IMG/VR virus record: IMGVR_UViG_3300033153_007854
Direction: 5' to 3' (one strand)
DNA from: an uncultured virus (IMG/VR IMGVR_UViG_3300033153_007854)
Taxonomy: Duplodnaviria > Heunggongvirae > Uroviricota > Caudoviricetes
DNA: 64,000 nucleotides
The notes below the pieces were generated by a model. The model was not told the DNA's origin. It saw only the letters and a list, made by a program, of their open reading frames with translations, and searched no databases. How positions within the stretch are numbered: the first letter of the stretch is position 1; each line of letters starts with the position of its first letter. Positions 9,691 through 18,053 of this stretch are shown here, one piece after another. The position numbers were made by a program, and so were the translations under genes.

Positions 9691-10266
9691 TTAATTTGGT
9701 TTCGTTGAATGATTCCCTTTCAAGGTCCATATCTTTGCCATCTTCCCCGTATCGGGGTCAATCATGGTCCCTGATTGAACTACAAGACCGCCCTTGACCA
9801 ATTCCCCTCGTCTTGGAGTTATGCTGTTGATGTCCATTACAGGGATAGTCTTTCTGATGTGCTTCAATATTTGTCTATCAGTGGCCTCCCCCAGCTCCTT
9901 GACGGCGTTGTAGACGAGATTCTGTCTCTTACCCAACTCATCCGGGGTCAATTCCCTGAAAGCCTCCATGCTGGTGTCGGCAACGCCCTTCAGTAACCGC
10001 TTTCCCTTGTCTTTGAACACGCTCAACTCCCATGCTAATATATTGATGTGGGAGCACTTGCCGTTGAATTTGTATCCCTTGCATTCGCACTTTAAGGTCG
10101 GTGGAGTCGTTGTGAAGTCTATATGGATGTCATACCATACATCCTCTTTGTTGTGGCTCGCAACTCTCAAGATTGCGTAGTCTTCCTCGTCCTTTATGAT
10201 TTCCGTTATCCGTTTCAGTATCTTGTGTTTCAGCCCATCGTAGCTTTCAATGGTCTTCTGGGTCAT
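9691..10266 (-). CDS. SWIM zinc finger plus winged-HTH protein
   Basis: CECKGYKFNGKCSH (CxC..CxH); C-terminal ATDRQI...INSITPRRGELVKGGLV wHTH of a kind common in viral proteins. Confidence 0.75.
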   Translation of the reverse strand: MTQKTIESYDGLKHKILKRITEIIKDEEDYAILRVASHNKEDVWYDIHIDFTTTPPTLKCECKGYKFNGKCSHINILAWELSVFKDKGKRLLKGVADTSMEAFRELTPDELGKRQNLVYNAVKELGEATDRQILKHIRKTIPVMDINSITPRRGELVKGGLVVQSGTMIDPDTGKMAKIWTLKGNHSTKPN

Positions 10267-10769
10267 TATCTTAACCTCATAAACACTTCATTATCCGGCA
10301 AGGGGCTATCCTTAATCCACACCTTGCGCCTAATGTCCCAATTTTCTGGCTTAAATCCGTGTAGGTCTATGTCATCGAACACATTAACTCGTAGGGCTTT
10401 GGTGGGTGCAATGTCAGTTATGATTTCTGCAAACCTGCGCCACGGTTCGACATCTGCCTGGTCGTGGAGGGTGACCGTCATGCCATCCACCATCAATAAT
10501 ACATTTCGTGCGATGTATGGCCCGTCACTTATTTTATCATGTACCATTGCCGTATAAATGTATATTTTGGCCTTTGACCCAGCCCGTATGTCCCGTATAG
10601 TGTCCACTACTATATCCGACCTTAGCATAGGCTCGCCACCAGTGAGCATGATTACTGAATATGGCTCATAGTCCTCGCATACGGGCAATGCGTCCAAGTC
10701 CCAATCGTTATTACAGCAACCGTCACAGTTCCGGTTACATTCTTTGAACAGTAATAGTCTCAGTTTCAT
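10266..10769 (-). CDS. Short radical SAM / 4Fe-4S protein
   Basis: CNRNCDGC (CxxxCxxC) and LTGGEP. Confidence 0.8.
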   Translation of the reverse strand: MKLRLLLFKECNRNCDGCCNNDWDLDALPVCEDYEPYSVIMLTGGEPMLRSDIVVDTIRDIRAGSKAKIYIYTAMVHDKISDGPYIARNVLLMVDGMTVTLHDQADVEPWRRFAEIITDIAPTKALRVNVFDDIDLHGFKPENWDIRRKVWIKDSPLPDNEVFMRLR

Positions 10770-10786
10770 TTGTCATTCCACCTTCT

Positions 10787-11029
10787 CTATCTCACCCTTT
10801 TGATTTCCAGTTCCATTGAATCCCCTACAGGCAATGCCCCCCGTTTCACGAGGCTGTTCATCATAAACCTGATGATAGTGTCCATTTCGTAATGACGTAT
10901 CATTACGGGCTCGTCAACGAAGACAAGCTCATTATAGTATTCTATTCCTGGGGCTGGAACCTGCTGAATCTCTAGGTACTTGCCATCGCTCTTTCTCTGG
11001 ACTGTGAATCTCTTACTGGCTCCCTTCAT
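10787..11029 (-). CDS. Hypothetical protein
   Basis: 80 aa, abuts the upstream stop. Confidence 0.55.
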   Translation of the reverse strand: MKGASKRFTVQRKSDGKYLEIQQVPAPGIEYYNELVFVDEPVMIRHYEMDTIIRFMMNSLVKRGALPVGDSMELEIKRVR

Positions 11030-12328
11030 CTACTCGGCCCCCTGTTTAACTCCCGGTGAAATATCTGCCAGTTTTGCCTGTTCCACCTCTATTCCAAGCT
11101 TGGCGTATTCTTCTTTCCAGTTCTTGGGAACAGTAGTCATTCGTCCGTACACCTCAGCTATTCCCTCAAGCTGTTCTGGCGATGGAACATACCGCTGTGT
11201 CTTTGAGTTCGAGGCAAGGACGAGTTCACCCCGGTCAATGAGGTCGTGGAGTTTTTTCGGTGAGATTGGAGATGCCTCCGATGCGAATATGACGACTTCG
11301 CCTTCATCGGTTGGCCATGACAGTCTTGGGACTCTGTAGTACGCATCATTATCCAGTTTTCTGAGATGTGCGATAGTCACTTCGCCTGGGAAGAGTTTTA
11401 TTTCCGTGCTTGGTGGACGGACCATCATAAAAAGGCCCGAATCATCTTCATCCAGGTTATCTAACATCCTCTTGATTGTTTTGCCATCGTTCTCCATAAG
11501 AAATCGGTCTGGATTCATGTTGGGTATTACTTTTGACAAGTCCATTGATAGTAAACGCTCTCTGACAGCATCCCAACTGTTCACTCCGAGGTATTTGAGG
11601 TCTGACCTTTTCTTTATATTGTCCATGAATCCCCCGGCAATCAAGTCATCCGGGTCGGCTTCTTCGTAGACCCGCTTTTTCTCAACGTCCCAATCTGCTT
11701 TGGCCGCATCCCTGAATATCTTTTCCGCCACTGAATAGACTGGATTTGATACCTCGTCTATCCTGCCTTCATTTCCCGCATTGGCAACGTCCTTCCTGAG
11801 AGGTATGGACTTCAGTACCGGAAGGCCGACCAGTTCTATGTGGTCCCCAAAGATGTCGCCCACCATGTTCTCTATTACCCCGACCACTGGAACCTTGTGT
11901 TGCATGAATAGGGCGATGCTTCGAAGTGCATCTTCCTTGCAGAGATTGTTCGGTTGGAGGACAAGAACGGCGGCTCCTGGCGTGAGCTTTGTTATCACTT
12001 GTAGGTGAATGTCGCCAGTCCCAGGTGGCATATCCATTACGACGACATCCGGGTTGGTCGCCACTGCGTCTTTGACCACATCCTTTAGCATGGTCCTGAC
12101 CATTCTGCCCATGTATGTGGATATTCCCTTTGAACGATACCCTGTCGAGTGTAGGGTCAAACTGCCTACTTCTGTCCTTCCACCGAACATTACTGGTATG
12201 CTCGGTGTATTGATGTCGAGGTCCACGAGTGCGACATTGTGCTTCTTGGAGAGGGCCAATGCGAGCAGGGCCGCTATGCTAGATTTGCCCGCCCCGCCTT
12301 TGCCTGAGAATACGCAAATCGACTTCAT
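11030..12328 (-). CDS. Mrp/NBP35-family P-loop ATPase lacking CxxC, with an unknown C-terminal domain
   Basis: SGKGGAGKS, DLDINTPS, DMPPGTGD and ENM motifs; about 200 extra C-terminal residues. Confidence 0.8.
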   Translation of the reverse strand: MKSICVFSGKGGAGKSSIAALLALALSKKHNVALVDLDINTPSIPVMFGGRTEVGSLTLHSTGYRSKGISTYMGRMVRTMLKDVVKDAVATNPDVVVMDMPPGTGDIHLQVITKLTPGAAVLVLQPNNLCKEDALRSIALFMQHKVPVVGVIENMVGDIFGDHIELVGLPVLKSIPLRKDVANAGNEGRIDEVSNPVYSVAEKIFRDAAKADWDVEKKRVYEEADPDDLIAGGFMDNIKKRSDLKYLGVNSWDAVRERLLSMDLSKVIPNMNPDRFLMENDGKTIKRMLDNLDEDDSGLFMMVRPPSTEIKLFPGEVTIAHLRKLDNDAYYRVPRLSWPTDEGEVVIFASEASPISPKKLHDLIDRGELVLASNSKTQRYVPSPEQLEGIAEVYGRMTTVPKNWKEEYAKLGIEVEQAKLADISPGVKQGAE

Positions 12329-12856
12329 TTATTTCGCCTCCTGTATTTCTGCGAGCATAGCCTTGACCTTCTCGATTTCCTCATCCGAGTGCTGAGTTCC
12401 CCCGGCGTTGATGTCTATGTACCATTGGAGGACTTGCTCTGTTGTCTTCAAATCGTTGACGTAGAATACGAAGTCTGATGTCACCAACCGTAGGTTGTCC
12501 TCATAGTCGTTGTATAGCGTCCCAAATGCGGGAATCTCGTTGTGGAGGAATCGCTGTACGGCAGTGATGCGCTGTAGTCCGTCTACGAGGACGACGGGGG
12601 CCTTCCCTCCCGACCTCCATACCTTACAGTTCCATAGAATATCCCTGCCGGACCTGCCTCCTCTCAGAACCCACTCGATGTAGGCGATTTGCTGGTCCTC
12701 GGTCCAAACGTGGGCTCTTTGGAAGTCCGGCTCTAATTCCAGTCCATATCCCTCTTTGAAATGTGCAAGTTGGAATTCGAGATACTTCCAAGACACGTTG
12801 ACCCTGTAGTTCGCTTGGGTGATTTGTGGGATGTCGTCGAACTTGGTGTATTTCAT
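12329..12856 (-). CDS. DUF262 (ParB-like / GmrSD N-terminal) domain protein
   Basis: PDFQRAHVW, VDGLQRIT and INAGGT motifs. Confidence 0.8.
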   Translation of the reverse strand: MKYTKFDDIPQITQANYRVNVSWKYLEFQLAHFKEGYGLELEPDFQRAHVWTEDQQIAYIEWVLRGGRSGRDILWNCKVWRSGGKAPVVLVDGLQRITAVQRFLHNEIPAFGTLYNDYEDNLRLVTSDFVFYVNDLKTTEQVLQWYIDINAGGTQHSDEEIEKVKAMLAEIQEAK

Positions 12857-13303
12857 TCACGACACCTCCCAATCACCAAACACCGCTTCCATGAGTGGAT
12901 TGTTGCTGTTCTTGTATCCGTTTAAGGAGTAACGGAAGCCTTCTCCACCCCTCACCCGCCTGTCGAGGAAAGCCCTATACTGGATACGGACCAGCATCGC
13001 CGCCTTGAACTTGTTCATCTCACGGTACTTCTTAGTGTTGCACCTGTCACGAATGTTCACTATCTTCATTCCTGCGTTCGGCTTCTCGACGAGCTTCTCC
13101 ACTATAGCTAGGGCCTCGTTCCTGTCGTCCACGTTCTCCCTGATGGCCTCGACGATGACCGCCGAGTTCAGTGATAGTAATGCCACCTTTTCCATCGCAG
13201 GCAGTTCCCCGCCTATGCTTGTGTCCCGGTATGTGTCCGGTAGCATCACCTTTGCCGTATCCCTGACGAACCCATTTACTGTTTTATCACTCCACTTCGC
13301 CAT
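12857..13303 (-). CDS. Hypothetical protein
   Basis: Start reassigned to MAKWSD (TAATG overlap with the upstream gene). Confidence 0.6.
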   Translation of the reverse strand: MAKWSDKTVNGFVRDTAKVMLPDTYRDTSIGGELPAMEKVALLSLNSAVIVEAIRENVDDRNEALAIVEKLVEKPNAGMKIVNIRDRCNTKKYREMNKFKAAMLVRIQYRAFLDRRVRGGEGFRYSLNGYKNSNNPLMEAVFGDWEVS

Positions 13304-13629
13304 TATTCCACCTTCTTTATCACTACATATCTCATTTCGTGGACCGTCCACGATATGACTGTGCCCTTCTCCAGACCCATCATGTTCACTATCTCTGTCG
13401 GTATGTACGTCCTAAGCGATTTGGAATCCGACCTGGCTTGGACCTTTGTGCCGCCCTTTCCGGCCTTCTCGAAGCCGTGGTCGGATAGCCCTGAATGCCC
13501 GAACCACTTTAATCCTGAGTTGCTGTCGAGCCCGAGGAGAGTGACGACAATATGGGGGATGGTCATCTGGAGCCCTGTCCCGGCCTGTATGCATGAGGTT
13601 GTCTGTCCTATTGGTAATTCCTTCTGCAT
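13303..13629 (-). CDS. AbrB/SpoVT-like regulator with a duplicated domain
   Basis: LQMTIPHIVVTLLGL and SLRTYIPTEIVNMMGLEKGTVISW repeats. Confidence 0.65.
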   Translation of the reverse strand: MQKELPIGQTTSCIQAGTGLQMTIPHIVVTLLGLDSNSGLKWFGHSGLSDHGFEKAGKGGTKVQARSDSKSLRTYIPTEIVNMMGLEKGTVISWTVHEMRYVVIKKVE

Positions 13630-13630
13630 C

Positions 13631-13942
13631 TTAATCCACCTTCCAGATTGCGAATTTCAGTCCCTTTACCTTTGCCATTCCATGTCCTATTCCGCCCTTC
13701 GGTCCAGAGTGATAGAGCAGATACACATCGGCATCAGGTTCGGCTGAGAGCAGGTCGGCAACCTTGCTCCCAAACATTGGATAGCTGTAATCATGTTTGT
13801 CTTTCCAGGTCACGAGGCAAGCCGTTACATCATGACCCCGGTTGCTCCGTATCTCTACGTCGCCGGGGAGCTGGTTTCTCTCATACAGGGCCTTTGCCTC
13901 TCTCCAGCTAATTATTTCGAAGCCCAATTCATTCCCCCCCAA
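13631..13942 (-). CDS. Hypothetical protein
   Basis: 103 aa ORF in the operon; start uncertain. Confidence 0.5.
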   Translation of the reverse strand: MGGNELGFEIISWREAKALYERNQLPGDVEIRSNRGHDVTACLVTWKDKHDYSYPMFGSKVADLLSAEPDADVYLLYHSGPKGGIGHGMAKVKGLKFAIWKVD

Positions 13943-14132
13943 CTATTGGAAAATCGCTCCCGCATTTCGGGCACTTGCCTCTTTCCTTCACAGTGAACCG
14001 GAAATCGCATCCAATACACTTGACCACGCCTTTCTGTATGTCATTCATAGCATCGGATTTGGTTTCGTAGTGGCCATAGTCCGGCAGGGGCTTTTCCTGG
14101 CCTGGTGCTTCCTCTATCGTAAGTTGTGTCAT
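13929..14132 (-). CDS. Small zinc-ribbon protein
   Basis: CIGC...CPKC; GAGGTGA RBS. Confidence 0.65.
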   Translation of the reverse strand: MTQLTIEEAPGQEKPLPDYGHYETKSDAMNDIQKGVVKCIGCDFRFTVKERGKCPKCGSDFPIVGGE

Positions 14133-14159
14133 TCAATTCACCTCATTCAGTGAACTGAA

Positions 14160-14399
14160 TTAGGCATTGAGTTGTTCTCTCAATGTCTTCAGCATTTTCC
14201 CGCCTTTCTTGTGATAGTCGCACCCATTGACCCCTCCACCGAGATTCAAGGCGAATATCGGGCAGCTCTCATGGCACTGAGCGTGTGTCTCGTCACATAT
14301 CTCAAAGAGCCATTCTTCTATCATGTCATCCGTTACTGGCTCCCTCTTCAGAATGGCCACCAGAACGGGATTCATATTGCTTATTGCCTGCGATTCCAT
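14160..14399 (-). CDS. Small Cys-rich protein
   Basis: C..C..CP..C; first gene after a class I promoter. Confidence 0.6.
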   Translation of the reverse strand: MESQAISNMNPVLVAILKREPVTDDMIEEWLFEICDETHAQCHESCPIFALNLGGGVNGCDYHKKGGKMLKTLREQLNA

Positions 14400-14430
14400 C
14401 GTGTCACCAAATGGTATATGCCTTCGGGGG

Positions 14431-14446
14431 TATATAAACCCTTCGG
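14431..14446 (-). promoter_or_regulatory. Class I BRE-TATA promoter
   Basis: CCGAAGGG-TTTATATA upstream of GGTGACACGATG (start 14399). Confidence 0.7.
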
Positions 14447-14485
14447 CTGAGGCCCCTGGCTATGCTATCAGCTAATTAGTCCAGC

Positions 14486-14518
14486 ATTGATTATATGATA
14501 GTTTAATAGATAATCAAT
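14486..14518. promoter_or_regulatory. Inverted repeat ATTGATTAT-N15-ATAATCAAT, possible operator
   Basis: Perfect 9-bp inverted repeat built from the class II core ATTGATTA. Confidence 0.45.
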
Positions 14519-14909
14519 CCTTTAGAAGCTTGACGCATTTCTCGGCTTCCTGATTCCATTCCTGCCCCTCTGGACAGCGTGGTTCTCTGCGCCGCCTAAC
14601 GATTTCGGAAATGACGACAACGGCTGTAACTGATGGTGCGAAGGCATCTCCAGTATTCCCTATGTCTGTGAAGGCAATAACTTCCCAAAATGCCGCAACG
14701 CCCATCGGACCCGCTAGGACAACCGCACCTGCTCCGGCCAAACCGTCGTAGACGGTGGCTCCAGGGCTGATGCCAGGGGTGAGTGGATTTAAAAGACCGC
14801 CCAATCCGATGAGGAGGTCCACGCCATCAATGATTACTGCCAGTATCAGTTTGAATATAAATGGGATATTGAGCCCGTATATCGTGTAGATACGTTTCCG
14901 TTCCGCCAT
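14514..14909 (-). CDS. Membrane protein with a C-terminal CPxGxxWx6C motif
   Basis: Hydrophobic Gly/Ala-rich segments; ends RRRREPRCPEGQEWNQEAEKC. Confidence 0.7.
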   Translation of the reverse strand: MAERKRIYTIYGLNIPFIFKLILAVIIDGVDLLIGLGGLLNPLTPGISPGATVYDGLAGAGAVVLAGPMGVAAFWEVIAFTDIGNTGDAFAPSVTAVVVISEIVRRRREPRCPEGQEWNQEAEKCVKLLKD

Positions 14910-15785
14910 CTAAGCACCTTTCAGCTCTATGGCTCTGGCGATTTGTTGTCTGAATACTGGGTCATCGTCTGGAGTCAGGAGGGTGTCCATCTCTCGAAGT
15001 TCTGCGAGGCCCATGTCCCGTGCCATCTCTTGGGCCGTTTCCTCGATTGGGTCGCCTTCTGTAGCCTGTACGACCTCTCTGTAGCCCCCACAGTCCTCCC
15101 CTACCTCGAAATGAAGGGCCATTAGGAGCTTATGATAGTGGTCGTCCTCGAAACTGCCCTGGATTTTGCTGAAATCCATATCTTCGTAAAACCTTCTGAG
15201 TGCGGCATTCATGTCATTTGTGTAATGCACATACTCTGGAAACTCTCTTCCGAGTATGTTGATTCCTCTTTGAGCCCTGTGAAGTGCGCCGCTGGTCCTT
15301 TGATAGATGCGTTTATCCAGGTCCACGCACTTTGTCTCGTCTTCCCGGCAGGCGATTATCATCTCCTGACCCTCAGTGATGACCTCTTTTAAGAGGTCGT
15401 TCGCCGGATTGAGGAGAGATAGGAGCCGCTTGCATGATTCAGGTTCATGTAGCTTGGATAATTGAAATACGTCCCCCTTGTCGGCATCCACGGAAACTCT
15501 CATTCCGTCCCTTAGAGCTGTCGTGGCCTTCATCGTTCCAACGATGCAGGGCTTTCCGAACTCTCTGCTTACTATGGCTGCGTGTGAGGTGATTCCCCCT
15601 ACATCGGTTATTATCGCACTCGCCATCTTCATCAATGGTACGAAATCTGGGGAGGTCATCCGGGTCACGAGAATTTCACCATCACGAAATTCTTCCATAT
15701 CCCCTAGTGAATCGACAATTCTAACCCGACCAGTTGCTTTCCCCCGTGAAGCACTTCGGCCCTTGAGAATCTTCTTTTTAACCAT
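14910..15785 (-). CDS. PEP-utilising-enzyme mobile (phospho-His swivel) domain fused to an unknown domain
   Basis: GEILVTRMTSPD...GGITSHAAIVSREFGKPCIVG...VDADKG in the first ~110 aa. Confidence 0.85.
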   Translation of the reverse strand: MVKKKILKGRSASRGKATGRVRIVDSLGDMEEFRDGEILVTRMTSPDFVPLMKMASAIITDVGGITSHAAIVSREFGKPCIVGTMKATTALRDGMRVSVDADKGDVFQLSKLHEPESCKRLLSLLNPANDLLKEVITEGQEMIIACREDETKCVDLDKRIYQRTSGALHRAQRGINILGREFPEYVHYTNDMNAALRRFYEDMDFSKIQGSFEDDHYHKLLMALHFEVGEDCGGYREVVQATEGDPIEETAQEMARDMGLAELREMDTLLTPDDDPVFRQQIARAIELKGA

Positions 15786-15813
15786 GGTATCAGTTTAGCA
15801 AGTTCATATTTTA

Positions 15814-15835
15814 TATATATACGTTTGTAATCAAT
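15814..15835 (-). promoter_or_regulatory. Class II conserved promoter (perfect consensus)
   Basis: About 28 nt upstream of ATG 15785. Confidence 0.85.
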
Positions 15836-15914
15836 CCTGTGGTGGACCTGCCCCCGCCAATATATTGAAACCTCTCGCCAATGCCACGGTGAACGCCTCC
15901 ATTTCTTGGTTCAT
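15831..15914 (-). CDS. 27-aa micro-protein MNQEMEAFTVALARGFNILAGAGPPQD
   Basis: Translated by hand; has its own class II promoter, and its stop codon lies in the next promoter copy. Confidence 0.5.
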   Translation of the reverse strand: MNQEMEAFTVALARGFNILAGAGPPQD

Positions 15915-15946
15915 GCTATCGCCCCGAGTATCTATAGTATGTTAAT

Positions 15947-15968
15947 TATTTAGATGTTTGTAATCAAT
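15947..15968 (-). promoter_or_regulatory. Class II conserved promoter (ATTGATTACAAACATCTAAATA)
   Basis: About 33 nt upstream of ATG 15914. Confidence 0.7.
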
Positions 15969-16098
15969 CCGGTGATTCTAGTAGCATTTCTCTGGACAGT
16001 CTTATGTTACAGTTGACGCACCGAACCATAGTTCCCTTCTTGTTCCTGGCTGGCTTTACTGGTTTCTTACAATATGGGCAGTATCTATACGATTTCAC
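15964..16098 (-). CDS. 44-aa zinc-ribbon protein
   Basis: Translated by hand from GTG: KSYRYCPYCKKP...VRCVNCNIRL...PD*; below the ORF-track cutoff. Confidence 0.55.
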   Translation of the reverse strand: MKSYRYCPYCKKPVKPARNKKGTMVRCVNCNIRLSREMLLESPD

Positions 16099-16120
16099 AA
16101 TATGTCGATTCTTATGGTGA

Positions 16121-16160
16121 TATAAAAAAATAAAAGGGGGAGGAAGTAAGAGTGAAAGTG
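16121..16160 (-). terminator. Pyrimidine/U-rich archaeal terminator-like tract
   Basis: CACTTTCACTCTTACTTCCTCCCCCTTTTATTTTTTT follows the long hairpin. Confidence 0.55.
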
Positions 16161-16248
16161 ATGCCCGGTTAATTTACCTCGCCTGCTGGCGACACGATGG
16201 AGTTAAAAACCCCGAACGTGAAACAGGCGAATTGGCTCAACCGGGCAT
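16161..16248 (-). ncRNA. Long multi-stem hairpin (structured 3' UTR element or small RNA)
   Basis: Nested arms ATGCCCGGTT/AACCGGGCAT, TCGCCTG/CAGGCGA, CACG/CGTG and GGGGTT/AACTCC; G-U pairs favour the minus strand. Confidence 0.55.
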
Positions 16249-16255
16249 ATGAGTA

Positions 16256-17044
16256 TTATTTTTCTTTTACATAAATATTTGCTTCGAGTTCCTCCAACGA
16301 TTTGAAGATGCGGTATCCTTCGTGGACCAATAATATTGCCCGCCGACCTTTTTTCCCATTGATGAACATTATCGCCATGTCATCATCTTCTATTCGGTTT
16401 AGAATGGAGTTGATGTATATCTCTTTGATATTGAATATGTCCTTTACCGTTTTTATCTGGCAGTTCCCGCACGGAATGTACCCCGTATAGCCGGGATAGA
16501 GCGACATCCTCAAGCCAGATTCGCTTATCCTTTGAAACTCAAAACCCATTATGTCGTTCTTTGGGACTACATTCCAAATGTGACGTATCCAATCCATTGG
16601 TTCGAACCCTCCATGGGTCAATTCTGTGAATTTCTGGATACAACATTCTGGATACTTCAGGTATCGTCCGAACTCCATTGTAAACTCGGGTTCTGGTAAT
16701 TCGATTATATCTTTGATGTGATTCAGTTGCTCTTTCTCGATGCAATCCTGGTCGTAGACAACGATTGTATTATGACTGTCCTTGCTTGATTCATGGAAAT
16801 GCATCCAATCGGTTAATTTTCCCACAGTTTCTTCATAAATCCATCTATCTGAACCCTTACCTAATGTGAATACACAGCAATATGGACGTTCCTTATCTAT
16901 ATTATTGAGGTCAATGAGGAACTGGACAAAATATGGCGGTGCGTCTTCAAGTCCCTTGAAACGTATTTTCTTTATTATGCCTTTCTTAAACCTGATGCGG
17001 ACCCGTTTCCCGTCCTTGATGTATTGAAATGTGCTTCTGAACAT
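16256..17044 (-). CDS. Hypothetical protein, DUF483-like
   Basis: FGRYLKYPECCIQKF...YIPC motif; start reassigned to MFRST. Confidence 0.55.
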   Translation of the reverse strand: MFRSTFQYIKDGKRVRIRFKKGIIKKIRFKGLEDAPPYFVQFLIDLNNIDKERPYCCVFTLGKGSDRWIYEETVGKLTDWMHFHESSKDSHNTIVVYDQDCIEKEQLNHIKDIIELPEPEFTMEFGRYLKYPECCIQKFTELTHGGFEPMDWIRHIWNVVPKNDIMGFEFQRISESGLRMSLYPGYTGYIPCGNCQIKTVKDIFNIKEIYINSILNRIEDDDMAIMFINGKKGRRAILLVHEGYRIFKSLEELEANIYVKEK

Positions 17045-17046
17045 GG

Positions 17047-17880
17047 CTACTCCAGTTCCGGGCAGAGCCTCTTGAGATTGTCCTTTATCTTGACCTCGAC
17101 CCCATACGCCTTGATTGCGGAGATTAGCTCCTTTATCTTGTCGGCGTTCTTTGGTTCTGGTATCCCGTGCAGGTTCGTGATGTTCTCTGAGCCGCACTTT
17201 GGGCAGGTGTTCTTGCCCCGGTATATGTAGCTATCGTGTTCGCCCTTACCGTACCCGCAATCACGGCACTTCAGGTCGCTGTCGGCCCCTATGGACATGA
17301 ACTCGGGCTTTACATCCTCAACCCAGGACTTCATCGCCTCCAGGTCGAAGTCCATGATTGGTTCGATAGTGATAGAGAGCCTGATGTCTGGGCGTTGCTG
17401 GCGAATTTGGTACATGGCGAGGCCACGGACGAATGGGGTTGGGCACTCCTTCGACCATATCCCGTCCACTTCCCGATTGGTTTCGAGTGTGGTACAAAGG
17501 ATGGTCTTCGGAGGGAAGAAGTCGAGGAAGTCGAGGATTCGGGCGGGGTTCTTGCTCTGGAACAGGTAGGTGTTGTCGAACTTCTTGGCGTGGTCGAGTA
17601 TCTGCATGATGATTTCGTCCGGCACATCGTTGGCGAATAGGTCGCTACAGTTCTGGACGAAGATGGTCTTGCCCTTGCCCCAACCCTTCATCTCTTTTTC
17701 CCATATACGGGGCTTTCCCTCGTACTTGCTGGCTACGACGGCCTTCTTCTCGTGGAGCCGCCTCATGTAGCAGTACAGGCAATCATTTAAACAGCCACCT
17801 TTTGTCGGACCCATCCCACCGCCGAGCGGGTTGACAGTGTGCGTGACCCACTGATACATATTGCCTTTGGCTTTCTGCAT
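17047..17880 (-). CDS. Gp37Gp68/DUF5131 radical-SAM-like protein with an inserted Zn ribbon
   Basis: TVNP..GGCLNDCLYCY, IFVQNCSDLF, QSKNP, ITIEP, IKDNL; insert CRDC...CPKC. Confidence 0.8.
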   Translation of the reverse strand: MQKAKGNMYQWVTHTVNPLGGGMGPTKGGCLNDCLYCYMRRLHEKKAVVASKYEGKPRIWEKEMKGWGKGKTIFVQNCSDLFANDVPDEIIMQILDHAKKFDNTYLFQSKNPARILDFLDFFPPKTILCTTLETNREVDGIWSKECPTPFVRGLAMYQIRQQRPDIRLSITIEPIMDFDLEAMKSWVEDVKPEFMSIGADSDLKCRDCGYGKGEHDSYIYRGKNTCPKCGSENITNLHGIPEPKNADKIKELISAIKAYGVEVKIKDNLKRLCPELE

Positions 17881-18053
17881 CAGTTATCACCCGACTTCTG
17901 CTTTTGAACTTCATTGTCCAGCATTGCTATTTCGAACATATTTAACCGCTGACCTTTGACGATTGGTATGTATTCTCCAGTAAGACCGTTCTCGATTTGT
18001 TTATCGGTTATTAGCCCCTCATTGTATGCACTGACCAGTTCTGATATTAGCAT
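17880..18053 (-). CDS. 57-aa hypothetical protein
   Basis: Translated by hand (MLISELVSAYNEGLITDKQ...); TGATG overlaps at both ends. Confidence 0.55.
   Translation of the reverse strand: MLISELVSAYNEGLITDKQIENGLTGEYIPIVKGQRLNMFEIAMLDNEVQKQKSGDN

Noticed and set aside
14910..15785. Calling this gene ppsA (PEP synthase)
   Set aside because: Only the ~110-aa swivel domain is present.
16161..16248. Hairpin as an archaeal SECIS or SRP RNA
   Set aside because: No GAA/A motif on the sense strand, no evident in-frame UGA selenoprotein nearby, and no SRP helix-8 motif.
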